From an uncultured bacterium (GTDB taxonomy: Bacteria > Patescibacteriota > Minisyncoccia > UBA6257 > 2-01-FULL-56-20), in assembly GCA_963844965.1 (NCBI GenBank), contig CAWJQC010000007.1, positions 32,001-96,000 of the forward strand: a stretch of 64,000 nt of DNA. Reading direction: 5' to 3'. Positions within the stretch are counted from its first letter, which is position 1. Each line of letters starts with the position of its first letter. The notes under the pieces were generated by a model. It had not been told where the DNA came from. It saw only the letters and a program-made list of their open reading frames with translations, and made no database searches. Of the stretch, positions 8,861-17,728 are shown in pieces. The translations under genes and the position numbers were made by a program.

Positions 8861-9421
8861 ATGGAAGAGCAAACAAAGAAATGCAGGGAGTGCAAGTCGG
8901 ACATTCCGGCTGGCGCCAAGCGATGTCCCAGCTGCCGAGCGGATCAAAGGAACTGGTTGATGCGCCATAAAGCCTTAACTGTCGTGGTGATATTTATAGC
9001 GCTCATTATCATAGCCATGGTTGCTGGTAGTAATAGCAATAACCCTAAACAGGTCGGCAATAACAGCCAGCCAGTCCCATCATCCCAAGAGCAGACGTTC
9101 AAGGTCGGCGATCACGTCCAGATGGGAAGCGATATCATAACGGTGAACAGCGCGGAGTTTTCGAGCGGTACAGAATTCGCAAAGCCAGCCGCTGGGAACA
9201 CCTGGTTAGACGTCAATCTGACGATACAAAACACGGACAACGCCCAGCAGTATATAACGACCATGGGACAGATGTTTGTTAAGGATTCCGACGGCAACAG
9301 TTACAACGTTTCGCCCACGGACAAAGAATTACAAAATCCATCGCTTGGCATGGACGGCCCGATTCTTGCCAACAGCAAAAAGACCGCTTGGGTAGGGTTT
9401 GTAAAGGATAGGTTTCTTTAG
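8861..9421 (+). CDS. Zinc-ribbon / single-TM / DUF4352-like extracellular domain protein, 3' end running into the IS3 terminus
   Basis: N-terminal CxxC..CxxC, TM helix, then a beta-rich domain. The last codons (..VKDRFL*) are encoded by the IS terminal repeat, so the native C-terminus is probably lost. Confidence 0.55.
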   Translation: MEEQTKKCRECKSDIPAGAKRCPSCRADQRNWLMRHKALTVVVIFIALIIIAMVAGSNSNNPKQVGNNSQPVPSSQEQTFKVGDHVQMGSDIITVNSAEFSSGTEFAKPAAGNTWLDVNLTIQNTDNAQQYITTMGQMFVKDSDGNSYNVSPTDKELQNPSLGMDGPILANSKKTAWVGFVKDRFL

Positions 9422-9456
9422 ACAGTGATTCGACGGCTTTTTGCCGTTTTTTTTCG

Positions 9457-10239
9457 TTAAGCCGCAATCTTCTCGGCAAACACGGACGGCGGCATCTTGA
9501 GGGCGGAGTGGATCCGCGTGTGGTTGTACTGCCACAAGGTGCTGTAGATCTCCGCCACGAGCTCGCCGAAGGTCCCGAACCGGTTGGGATCACCGAGGTC
9601 AATCTTGAACTTGTCATAGAACGATTCCTGGTAGCCGTTTTCCCATGGGGCACCGGGCCGCGACCGCGAGATCGTGATGCCACAGTCCCCCAGTGTATCG
9701 GTGAACGCTCGTGCCTTGTACTCGCTGCCGTTGTCCGAATGGAAGATGACCGGATGCGGATGGTGGAAAAGCGCGTTGGCCAGGGTCTGTATCGTGAGGG
9801 GCGATCCTTTCCGCAACGCCACATGGACGCCCATCAATCGTCTCGTGAAAAGATCGAGTATCGTGGACACGTACACTTTCTTGCCGCGATACAGGAACTC
9901 CGTGAAATCGGTTGCCCAGACGTGGTTCGCGTACGAGGGCATGATGGCAAGTAAGAGGTTCGGAAAGGCCCGCGATGCCTTTGATTTCCGGTATTTCCTG
10001 CCTCGCCTCCGGTACGGCCTTATGCCGAAGATTCGCATGACGCGCTGCGCTCGCGGACGGCTCACGCCCAGAGCTTGTCCCAAGCGCCGGGAACCGTATG
10101 CCGGATGGCGCTGCAATTCTTCTTCCATGCGGATCTTGAGCGCCCAATCTTTCTTGTCCTGCCGTGATACGTAGTAGAGCGATGCCCGCGAGACGCCCAT
10201 GGCCCGCGCCATGGCGGACTTGTTCCGCTTTTCCGTCAA
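9457..10239 (-). CDS. IS3-family transposase OrfB (DDE integrase core)
   Basis: 260 aa; ..WATDFTEF..HSDNGSEY..YNHTRIHSAL.. rve-type DDE motifs. Confidence 0.85.
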   Translation of the reverse strand: MTEKRNKSAMARAMGVSRASLYYVSRQDKKDWALKIRMEEELQRHPAYGSRRLGQALGVSRPRAQRVMRIFGIRPYRRRGRKYRKSKASRAFPNLLLAIMPSYANHVWATDFTEFLYRGKKVYVSTILDLFTRRLMGVHVALRKGSPLTIQTLANALFHHPHPVIFHSDNGSEYKARAFTDTLGDCGITISRSRPGAPWENGYQESFYDKFKIDLGDPNRFGTFGELVAEIYSTLWQYNHTRIHSALKMPPSVFAEKIAA

Positions 10240-10499
10240 TTCTTTTTTTGGGCCTGGGAGAGCTTCACGGTGAGCTCGCCCACCACTTCAAACAGCTCCC
10301 TGTTCTGCTTCTGGAGACGGCTGAACTCGCCCCAGGAAGGGACGCCCGATGCTCCTGCGCCTAGCCAATTGTAGATGGTGGACTCGTGCAAACCGTGGTC
10401 CTTCGCAGCCTGCGCTACGGGGACTCCTTCTTCCTTCACCCGGCGGAGGATGTCCGCCTTCACTTCCTTCGCAATCCGATGCCCTTTTTTGTTGCTCAT
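10236..10499 (-). CDS. IS3-family transposase OrfA (HTH)
   Basis: 87 aa; helix-turn-helix; ends QAQKKN* at the frameshift heptamer. Confidence 0.85.
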   Translation of the reverse strand: MSNKKGHRIAKEVKADILRRVKEEGVPVAQAAKDHGLHESTIYNWLGAGASGVPSWGEFSRLQKQNRELFEVVGELTVKLSQAQKKN

Positions 10500-10531
10500 G
10501 ACACAATGGTAGTTTGTTTCGACCTTTGTGT

Positions 10532-11794
10532 CTAAATTATCCTATCCGGGTCAATGGTTAAGTCGCAGAATGCCGGTTCCAATTCGACCGTATAGACCCG
10601 GCGCTTAAGTTGTTCACCTGCAATCAGCGTGCTGCCGCTGCCGCAAAAGCTGTCCAAGATAATGTCTCCCGGACGGCTGCACCTGCGGATCGCTTTTTCA
10701 TGGAGCGCTGGCGGCTTGGACGTAGCGTGCTGATATTCGTTGCCCGCGAGTCGCTTCACGAGCCAGATGTCAAGCAAATCCAGGATGTCGTCAATGAGCC
10801 TGTTGCCCGTGGAGAGTTCCTTGTTCTGGATCTCGTTGAGCGACTGGAGGCCCTTCGCGAGATACGGCTTGCCGCGGACGCCGTAGACGGCGGGTTCATA
10901 GCACTTCGAGAAAGCGACCTCGGGAGTGGGGTTCTGGCCGTTTTTAATCCAGAGGCAGACGCGCTTGTTTTCAAGGCCGAGTTCCGCGTAGAGTGTCTGC
11001 AGGAGCCAGATATAACGCTGGTCGCACCAATAAAAGACATGCATATCGTCTTTCGCGACGGCGAGGGCGTTTACGAGGCTCTTCCGGAGAAACTCTTTGT
11101 ACTCGTCGTCAGTCCGCGTGTCGTTGACGCTACCGCCGTAGTTGGCATGTCCGCCGACGCCCTTCGCATAATCCACGCCGCCCTTCAGGTTATAGACCGG
11201 ATCGGAATAAATGACGGATGCCTTCTCGCCGCCAAAAAGCTTTTTGAGGACGGCGGGGTCTGTTGAATCGCCGCAAGCTAATTTATGAGGGCCTAGCGAG
11301 AATATGTCGCCGAGCTTTGTTTTCGGTTTTTTGATCTTGGCGAGCTCGCGTTCGACATTGAACTCATCGTCCTGAACTTCCGCGATGTCGTCCCAGAGGT
11401 GCGACAGCTCTTCGTCTTTAAATCCGATTTCAAGCAATAGCTCGGTGTCGAAGGTGCGTAATAGCTCGTATGACCAGTCTCCGCGCACGGCATTTGAGGT
11501 GAGCAAGTATTGCTCAAACTCGTGTTTCGTCAATTTCCGGTTCGGCACGCGCACTTCTATTTCTTCGCTCCCTCGGCCAAGGAGCTGAAGGGCCTTCAAC
11601 CTTTGATGACCAGCTATGATCGTGCCGTCCGTGTCGATCGCGGGAAGTTCTACGACGTTGAATTTCGTCAGGCTCTTCTTAAGGGCCTCGAGCTGAGCCT
11701 CGCCGATGGTGCGGGGATTTTTGGAAAACGGGACGAGTGAGTTAATCGCTCTCTTCTCCGTGTGCCAGATTAGCGATATGTGTTTTCTAGCCAT
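10532..11794 (-). CDS. ParB-like nuclease domain fused to an N6-adenine/N4-cytosine DNA methyltransferase (beta-class, PF01555-like)
   Basis: 420 aa. N-terminal ParB/Srx-like region (..IIAGHQRLKA..). MTase motif IV variant SDPVYN. C-terminal motif I ILDSFCGSGSTLIAGEQLKRRVYTVELEP. The last 8 codons are encoded by the IS IRL. Confidence 0.7.
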   Translation of the reverse strand: MARKHISLIWHTEKRAINSLVPFSKNPRTIGEAQLEALKKSLTKFNVVELPAIDTDGTIIAGHQRLKALQLLGRGSEEIEVRVPNRKLTKHEFEQYLLTSNAVRGDWSYELLRTFDTELLLEIGFKDEELSHLWDDIAEVQDDEFNVERELAKIKKPKTKLGDIFSLGPHKLACGDSTDPAVLKKLFGGEKASVIYSDPVYNLKGGVDYAKGVGGHANYGGSVNDTRTDDEYKEFLRKSLVNALAVAKDDMHVFYWCDQRYIWLLQTLYAELGLENKRVCLWIKNGQNPTPEVAFSKCYEPAVYGVRGKPYLAKGLQSLNEIQNKELSTGNRLIDDILDLLDIWLVKRLAGNEYQHATSKPPALHEKAIRRCSRPGDIILDSFCGSGSTLIAGEQLKRRVYTVELEPAFCDLTIDPDRII

Positions 11795-12054
11795 TGTTGA
11801 TAATTTTTAATTTGTTCGACGACATAACGACTGCATTCCCACCCGACCGATTTTTCCTCTGACCATTCACGAAGGGTTGACAACGTGACATCAGTCGAGA
11901 TCGCAAACGCTTTTATCTGCTCCGGCGTCGCGTCGCGTACGGCGGCCCGCCAGTGGATGAATGCCGAGCGTCGCGCCAGTTCGTCGTATTTTCCGCGCCG
12001 GATGACGATCGGTTCCCGTGCCGTCGGCACTTTTTCGGGGCTTAGATATTGCAT
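11770..12054 (-). CDS. Hypothetical protein
   Basis: 94 aa; co-oriented, between the 309-aa ORF and the ParB-MTase; no motif recognised. Confidence 0.4.
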   Translation of the reverse strand: MQYLSPEKVPTAREPIVIRRGKYDELARRSAFIHWRAAVRDATPEQIKAFAISTDVTLSTLREWSEEKSVGWECSRYVVEQIKNYQQWLENTYR

Positions 12055-12168
12055 ATAAATGTAAATTTATTTTTCGACTCTTTGCCTCATGAAAAATTTG
12101 AGGCATGACCGTTCGGTCATACCTCTATCGAAGCACAAGCTCCTGTGGATATTCGGGAAAAAAGTAGA

Positions 12169-13098
12169 CTACTCTTTCCCGAAGCGCTTATCCCTCAATT
12201 CCTGCAGCAACCGGGCCGCCTCGGCGATTCGCTTGCCATCAGGCTTCCCTTTGATAAGTTTTTGCTCTATGGCGGTCTTGGCGAGTTCGTCGAGGGTGGT
12301 GTGGTAATACGCGCCGCGCTCGTTATTCTCGGCGTGATCCCAATGGTCGCGGTCTCCCATGACCCACTGCTCAATGGTCAATTTGTTATCGATGTCTTTA
12401 ATGGGATTAAACTTAGCGAGGCGGCGCTTGCCCCAGTAGGTGAGATAGCGTTTAAGTTCCTCGAAGTCTTCGTCGGTAAGTTGAGCATATACGTTTACGG
12501 GCACATACCGCATATCTTTCGATCGCGCGCCCGGCGGCCATGCGCCACCCTGAAAACTGCTCATGGGGGCGTTAATACTCCCGTTCAAAATATATTGCTG
12601 AATAAACCAGCCGAAGTGTTCCGGCGCGTTGAATCGTGCCGCGATATAGCGTGGCATTTCATGGAGATAATAGCTTGGGTTTTTGAAGTTCAGCATCTTC
12701 CGGCGTAGTTTCGCAGCATCGAAATCTTTCTGCGCTTTTTCTCGGTCTTGTGCAGTGGCGTTTTTGTCTCGCGATAACTCATAACAGACCTTCCGGCACT
12801 TCTCGATTTCGGCGTTTGCGTCGCGCTCGCTTTTCTGGAATTCGAGGGAATCCAAGACTGCTTCGGAGCGTTCCAGAAGGCAGTCGCCCCATCCAACGTG
12901 TCGCTTGTCATTTTTATCAGTGGGGATATCGAGAAATTCCCGCGCTTCCGCGACGAACTCTTGGAACGGCTTGTGGGAAATGAGCAGCTTCATCATGTCG
13001 AGATTCTTCCTGTGGGATGGAAATTTGCCGTTCAGCCATCCCGTCGCCATTCTCTTGGCCGGAGACTTTTTCTTTGTTTTACGTTTCGCTTTGGGCAT
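12169..13098 (-). CDS. Hypothetical protein (basic N-terminus)
   Basis: 309 aa; MPKAKRKTKKKSPAKR.. N-terminus; no recognised domain. Confidence 0.5.
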   Translation of the reverse strand: MPKAKRKTKKKSPAKRMATGWLNGKFPSHRKNLDMMKLLISHKPFQEFVAEAREFLDIPTDKNDKRHVGWGDCLLERSEAVLDSLEFQKSERDANAEIEKCRKVCYELSRDKNATAQDREKAQKDFDAAKLRRKMLNFKNPSYYLHEMPRYIAARFNAPEHFGWFIQQYILNGSINAPMSSFQGGAWPPGARSKDMRYVPVNVYAQLTDEDFEELKRYLTYWGKRRLAKFNPIKDIDNKLTIEQWVMGDRDHWDHAENNERGAYYHTTLDELAKTAIEQKLIKGKPDGKRIAEAARLLQELRDKRFGKE

Positions 13099-13147
13099 TG
13101 TAAGCTAATGGTAATTCCCTAGTTTTGGAAAAGCAATTTACCTCATT

Positions 13148-13795
13148 ATGGATAAAGAAAAGCAAGAACAAGAAATTGAAGAGACTGCGTCGACAAATCA
13201 ATCCAAGAAGCCACGCAAATTAAAAGCGCGTTTACTGCGCCTTTATTACCTCGCCGTTTGGAACAGTACCCTCCGCAAAGATCGCTGCGTACAGTGGTTT
13301 CGGCGATATGCGCACGCCCTACGCGAAATTTTTATCTTAATAGTCACGATCGTTGCGGCTTGGTCTATCACGCAATTCATCGACATTTCTTCAATTTCGA
13401 CGAATAACTTGGCGAGTTGTTTTGTCGCGGTTGGTGCGATGATCGGTGGCGTCATAGCCATCGTGTTTTCGCTCTCGATTTTTGCCCAGCAAAGCAGCGC
13501 CGATCTTTATTCATCCCAGTATTTCGAGGTGTATGCCCACGATTGGAAAGAGAAGATGACGTATTCGTTAATTGTGCTCATAACGATTGCGTTCTTCGTC
13601 GGCGGAATCATTTTTTACGGCAACGCGAACTTGGCCACGGTCTATAAGTATGTCGGTGTGTATGCATCGCTGATCTTAATAGGAACCGTCTTCATTTTGG
13701 TCGATTGGCAGTACCGAAACGTAACGTCGAAGGCTAATCCCATTAAAGCGCTCAACTTTCTCGAAAGGCAATCTGACCCGGATAGGATAATTTAG
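13148..13795 (+). CDS. Membrane protein, C-terminus running into the IS terminus (probably truncated)
   Basis: 215 aa; several hydrophobic helices; the last codons ..DPDRII* are encoded by the IS IRL. Confidence 0.45.
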   Translation: MDKEKQEQEIEETASTNQSKKPRKLKARLLRLYYLAVWNSTLRKDRCVQWFRRYAHALREIFILIVTIVAAWSITQFIDISSISTNNLASCFVAVGAMIGGVIAIVFSLSIFAQQSSADLYSSQYFEVYAHDWKEKMTYSLIVLITIAFFVGGIIFYGNANLATVYKYVGVYASLILIGTVFILVDWQYRNVTSKANPIKALNFLERQSDPDRII

Positions 13796-13827
13796 ACACA
13801 AAGGTCGAAACAAACTACCATTGTGTC

Positions 13828-14091
13828 ATGAGCAACAAAAAAGGGCATCGGATTGCGAAGGAAGTGAAGGCGGACATCCTCCGCCGGGTGAAGGAAGAAG
13901 GAGTCCCCGTAGCGCAGGCTGCGAAGGACCACGGTTTGCACGAGTCCACCATCTACAATTGGCTAGGCGCAGGAGCATCGGGCGTCCCTTCCTGGGGCGA
14001 GTTCAGCCGTCTCCAGAAGCAGAACAGGGAGCTGTTTGAAGTGGTGGGCGAGCTCACCGTGAAGCTCTCCCAGGCCCAAAAAAAGAATTGA
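13828..14091 (+). CDS. IS3 transposase OrfA
   Basis: Identical to the other copies. Confidence 0.85.
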   Translation: MSNKKGHRIAKEVKADILRRVKEEGVPVAQAAKDHGLHESTIYNWLGAGASGVPSWGEFSRLQKQNRELFEVVGELTVKLSQAQKKN

Positions 14092-14870
14092 CGGAAAAGC
14101 GGAACAAGTCCGCCATGGCGCGGGCCATGGGCGTCTCGCGGGCATCGCTCTACTACGTATCACGGCAGGACAAGAAAGATTGGGCGCTCAAGATCCGCAT
14201 GGAAGAAGAATTGCAGCGCCATCCGGCATACGGTTCCCGGCGCTTGGGACAAGCTCTGGGCGTGAGCCGTCCGCGAGCGCAGCGCGTCATGCGAATCTTC
14301 GGCATAAGGCCGTACCGGAGGCGAGGCAGGAAATACCGGAAATCAAAGGCATCGCGGGCCTTTCCGAACCTCTTACTTGCCATCATGCCCTCGTACGCGA
14401 ACCACGTCTGGGCAACCGATTTCACGGAGTTCCTGTATCGCGGCAAGAAAGTGTACGTGTCCACGATACTCGATCTTTTCACGAGACGATTGATGGGCGT
14501 CCATGTGGCGTTGCGGAAAGGATCGCCCCTCACGATACAGACCCTGGCCAACGCGCTTTTCCACCATCCGCATCCGGTCATCTTCCATTCGGACAACGGC
14601 AGCGAGTACAAGGCACGAGCGTTCACCGATACACTGGGGGACTGTGGCATCACGATCTCGCGGTCGCGGCCCGGTGCCCCATGGGAAAACGGCTACCAGG
14701 AATCGTTCTATGACAAGTTCAAGATTGACCTCGGTGATCCCAACCGGTTCGGGACCTTCGGCGAGCTCGTGGCGGAGATCTACAGCACCTTGTGGCAGTA
14801 CAACCACACGCGGATCCACTCCGCCCTCAAGATGCCGCCGTCCGTGTTTGCCGAGAAGATTGCGGCTTAA
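14088..14870 (+). CDS. IS3 transposase OrfB
   Basis: Identical to the other copies; -1 frame relative to orfA. Confidence 0.85.
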   Translation: MTEKRNKSAMARAMGVSRASLYYVSRQDKKDWALKIRMEEELQRHPAYGSRRLGQALGVSRPRAQRVMRIFGIRPYRRRGRKYRKSKASRAFPNLLLAIMPSYANHVWATDFTEFLYRGKKVYVSTILDLFTRRLMGVHVALRKGSPLTIQTLANALFHHPHPVIFHSDNGSEYKARAFTDTLGDCGITISRSRPGAPWENGYQESFYDKFKIDLGDPNRFGTFGELVAEIYSTLWQYNHTRIHSALKMPPSVFAEKIAA

Positions 14871-14929
14871 CGAAAAAAAACGGCAAAAAGCCGTCGAATC
14901 ACTGTCTAAAGAAACCTATCCTTTACAGG

Positions 14930-15675
14930 GCACGGAATATGGCGAAGGCGGTCATCTTGTCATCCCGACGCTTTCATCGCGGCCGCACCATCATCCACGC
15001 GAACTCGACCGAGCGGTCATTGGCCGCATCCTTGCACTTCGCAGCGAACGGGACCAATGCGCGGAGATCGTCCATCACCGGCTAGAAGAGGAAAAGATTG
15101 CCGTTAGCCTTTCGTCCGTGAAGCGTACACTCAAACGCCACGGTATCACGCGATATTCAAAATGGAAGAAGTGGCACCAGTATCTTCCGCGTCCCATGCC
15201 CACAAAGCCAGGCATATTGGTTGAGATCGATTCAATGCAAGAAGGTATTGCCATGGACCACCTCCATGCGTACGCCTTGATCGACGTATGTTCCCGTTGG
15301 GCGTGGGCATGGCCAGCCGCCCAGGTCTCAAGCCGCTTAAGCGCACGGTTCGTCCAGCAAGCGCAAGCGGCAGCTCCGTTTCCTTTCGTCACAATCCAAT
15401 CCGACCGTGGCGGGGAGTTTTCAAAATGGTTTACCAAGGTCATCGAGCATCAGGGATTTTCACATCGCCACTCGCGCGTACGGACGCCAACAGATAACAG
15501 CCATGTGGAACGGTTCATCCAAACGCTTCAGCGGGACTGTTTACGACGTATCCCTAACACTCTTGCCGCGTGGCGCAAGGAGATTCCCGATTTTCTTCAC
15601 TACTACAATACCGAACGGCCGCACATGGGACTTGATATGAAAACGCCCGTCGAGTGGTTAGAAGCTATTGATTAG
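14930..15675 (+). pseudogene. IS481-like DDE transposase (integrase core), 5' end disrupted or ambiguous
   Basis: ..HTH-like RELDRAVIGRILALRSE.., then DSMQEG..DHLHAYALIDV.., QSDRGGEF.., HYYNTERPHMGLDMKTP. No in-frame ATG after the IS3 right end; the only ATG (14939) is in another frame that closes at 15085. Confidence 0.5.
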
Positions 15676-15691
15676 AAAGCATCACCGCGGG

Positions 15692-16129
15692 CTAAAGCCC
15701 GCGGCTTGTGTTCGGCTCCTGTTCCCACTGGTTTCTGATATATTCTCTCATCGCTTTTTCGTTTTGACGGCCAACGGTTTCGGCAAAGTAACCATCCTGC
15801 CACAAGCTGTCTCCCCAGAGGAATTCTTCCAGCTCGGGAAATTCTTTTCTGACAGCCCTGGACGTACCGCCTTTGAGATAAAACACCGCTTTGGCAACCG
15901 TCAGGGTAGCAGGAATTTGAAGCAATAGATGGACATGGTCGGGCATTATCTGCGCTTCATGGATGAACCATTTATTCATCTTGGCGGCTTGAAAGAACAA
16001 TGTCTTGAGTCGCCCGACCATGTCCCCTCGCAGTATCGAGCGGCGGTACTTTGGGCAGAAAACAACGTGGTACAAACATCGCGTATAGCTGTGGTTGCTT
16101 GGCCAGAATCCAGAGGGCATTATCTTCAT
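15692..16129 (-). CDS. tnpA: IS200/IS605-family Y1 transposase TnpA
   Basis: 145 aa; HVHLLL (HuH), Y..IRNQ; the palindrome ccgcgggctaaagcccgcgg overlaps the 3' end. Confidence 0.8.
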   Translation of the reverse strand: MKIMPSGFWPSNHSYTRCLYHVVFCPKYRRSILRGDMVGRLKTLFFQAAKMNKWFIHEAQIMPDHVHLLLQIPATLTVAKAVFYLKGGTSRAVRKEFPELEEFLWGDSLWQDGYFAETVGRQNEKAMREYIRNQWEQEPNTSRGL

Positions 16130-16581
16130 TATCGCACCGGCAGAAACCAGTGGGAACAGGCAAATAAGCCCTCCGCCCCTCGCTTCGCTCGGGGCTACGG
16201 GGTCGCCTTATCCTCGGCCTAAAGGCCGGGGCTTGCGGCGGAGCGGGTCAAATGAGAAACCTCCCACATGCCTCTTTTTTGCCCCAAATGCCCCAAATGA
16301 TCACCGACCGCGGTGCTTCAGGAGCTGGCAAAGCATCTCAAAATGCTTTATATTTCCGTCATAGCCCCGCGACCAGGGTGCTTCGGAAAGGAGTGGAAGG
16401 GTAATCATCAAAATCCCTCAATAACCTTGTGAAACCTCGCTAGGAATACACCCTTAAAAGTTCGACACCGCACGGGGGGCAGGCAGGCCTCCAAGGCGCA
16501 CACCATCGTGGCTCTTGCTTCTGGCTCTGCGGGGGTTTAAGCTATTCGTAGTCCTATTTTTATTTTTACACGGAGACATGA

Positions 16582-17235
16582 TTGCTGAAAGATCCAAGGA
16601 TTCTGAGGCCGGCTCCTCCGAGCGTTTTGATTTGGGACATTGGCGGAGTGCTTATAAGGTATAGAAATCTTTGGGAAGATGGTGAGTTTGTGGGCAACTG
16701 TGCCTGCGGAGTTGCCGAGATAGAGAGGTTCTTTACCAGCTACCCATTTTTTCTCTGCGAGGAGAGTAAAATAAGCGACGCGGAATTATTCGGATTGGTC
16801 AAAGAACAACTTGGGTACAAGTTCGATCTTGGAAAGTTCGCTGTTGATTTCTGCGAATGCTGCCGTTTTGAGTTGGACAGGGAAGTATTCAAACTTTTCT
16901 TGTATATAAAGGTGAAATATGCCGACGTGACGACGCTGTGGGCGCTGAGTAACGTGAATAAAATCCATTATGATTACTTTCGGAAGCTATATCCCGGGCT
17001 CTATGCTAATTTTTCCGAACTTTTTCTGTCTTTCGAAATGGGAGCGAGAAAGCCAGATTTGGCAATCTATGAGAGAATGTGCGGGATGGGCGGAGTTAGT
17101 TATTCCGACTGCCTGCTTATTGATGATAACCCGGAAAACGGCGTTGCGCCGAAGCAACTCGGCATGGGGTTCGTACATTTTGAAAATTCTAGACGGTTGA
17201 GGTTGGCGCTTGCGGTTCGCGGCATCGTGATTTAA
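16582..17235 (+). CDS. HAD-superfamily hydrolase
   Basis: DIGGVL (motif I), ..SN.. , K, DD motif near the C-terminus. Confidence 0.65.
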   Translation: MLKDPRILRPAPPSVLIWDIGGVLIRYRNLWEDGEFVGNCACGVAEIERFFTSYPFFLCEESKISDAELFGLVKEQLGYKFDLGKFAVDFCECCRFELDREVFKLFLYIKVKYADVTTLWALSNVNKIHYDYFRKLYPGLYANFSELFLSFEMGARKPDLAIYERMCGMGGVSYSDCLLIDDNPENGVAPKQLGMGFVHFENSRRLRLALAVRGIVI

Positions 17236-17554
17236 TCCCCCCCAGTCGTTCTTCGGCGGGGGATTTTGATTTTTATCATTGCTTTGGTATTATTTGATTT
17301 GTGCGGAACGCCGATTCTGCCTTCGTTCTGAATTTTTGGGTGTGTAGTTCAGTGGCACCCCGTAGCAAAATTTGGGCACATAGTTCAGCTTGCCCCGCCA
17401 AATTTTACCAGTTAGTAAAATTTGGCGGGGTGAAGTAGAACGTCCCGATATTTGCAAAATTTTCAATTTTGCTAAAATATCGAGGATCCGCGATTTTGCT
17501 TTTCTGTCGCACCGAAAGCAAAATCGGGACTGTCCTGACCCCGCACCAAATTAT

Positions 17555-17626
17555 GCGCGTGTAGCTCAGTGGTAGAGCACAGTCCTGATAAGACTGGGGT
17601 CGATGGTTCAATTCCATCCACGCGCA
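17555..17626 (+). tRNA. tRNA-Ile (anticodon GAU)
   Basis: Full cloverleaf: acceptor gcgcgtg/cacgcgc, D arm gctc-agtggta-gagc, anticodon arm cagtc-ctGATaa-gactg, T arm gatgg-ttcaatt-ccatc, discriminator A; CCA not encoded. Confidence 0.85.
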
Positions 17627-17635
17627 CATCATAAT

Positions 17636-17711
17636 TGGTGCGGGGCAAGTAAGACAGACCTGCCTGCCGGCAGGCAGGGGTCGAAGGTTCGATTCCTTCT
17701 GTGCCCACCAA
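17636..17711 (+). other. tRNA-like 3' module (10-bp perfect hairpin + T arm + acceptor strand + encoded CCA), no canonical 5' half
   Basis: ttggtgcgggg...cctgcctgccggcaggcagg ggtc gaagg-ttcgatt-ccttc tgtgccc a CCA; the complementary acceptor strand gggcaca lies ~300 nt upstream at 17375. Confidence 0.3.
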
Positions 17712-17728
17712 AAACATAATTACAGCTC

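Larger units (their letters stand above)
9400..10553 (-). mobile_element. IS3-family insertion sequence, copy 1 (1154 bp)
   Basis: Identical to the three other copies. Termini TGACCCGGATAGGATAATTTAGACA.. / ..TGTCTAAAGAAACCTATCCTTTACA (imperfect IR, TG..CA). orfA and orfB overlap with an A_AAA_AAG slippery heptamer. Confidence 0.9.
13774..14927 (+). mobile_element. IS3-family insertion sequence, copy 2
   Basis: Identical 1154-bp element; inverted relative to copy 1, with IRL facing the cargo. Confidence 0.9.

Noticed and set aside
9279-10174. Several 150-180-aa ORFs on both strands inside each IS3 copy (e.g. MWRCGKDRPS.., MGAQDPHGRR.., MMPQSPSVSV.., MDPRVVVLPQ..), repeated identically in all four copies
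   Set aside because: They overlap the well-supported orfA/orfB in other frames or antisense and have Arg/Pro-rich, GC-skewed composition. They are conserved only because the IS DNA is identical
9400-14927. Matching 3-4-bp target-site duplications at the outer ends of each IS3 pair, which would prove composite transposition
   Set aside because: The flanks (..agggtt|IS..IS|gggcac.. and ..atctaaa|IS..IS|tcgggc..) do not match, so I do not claim en-bloc transposition, only the inverted-pair arrangement
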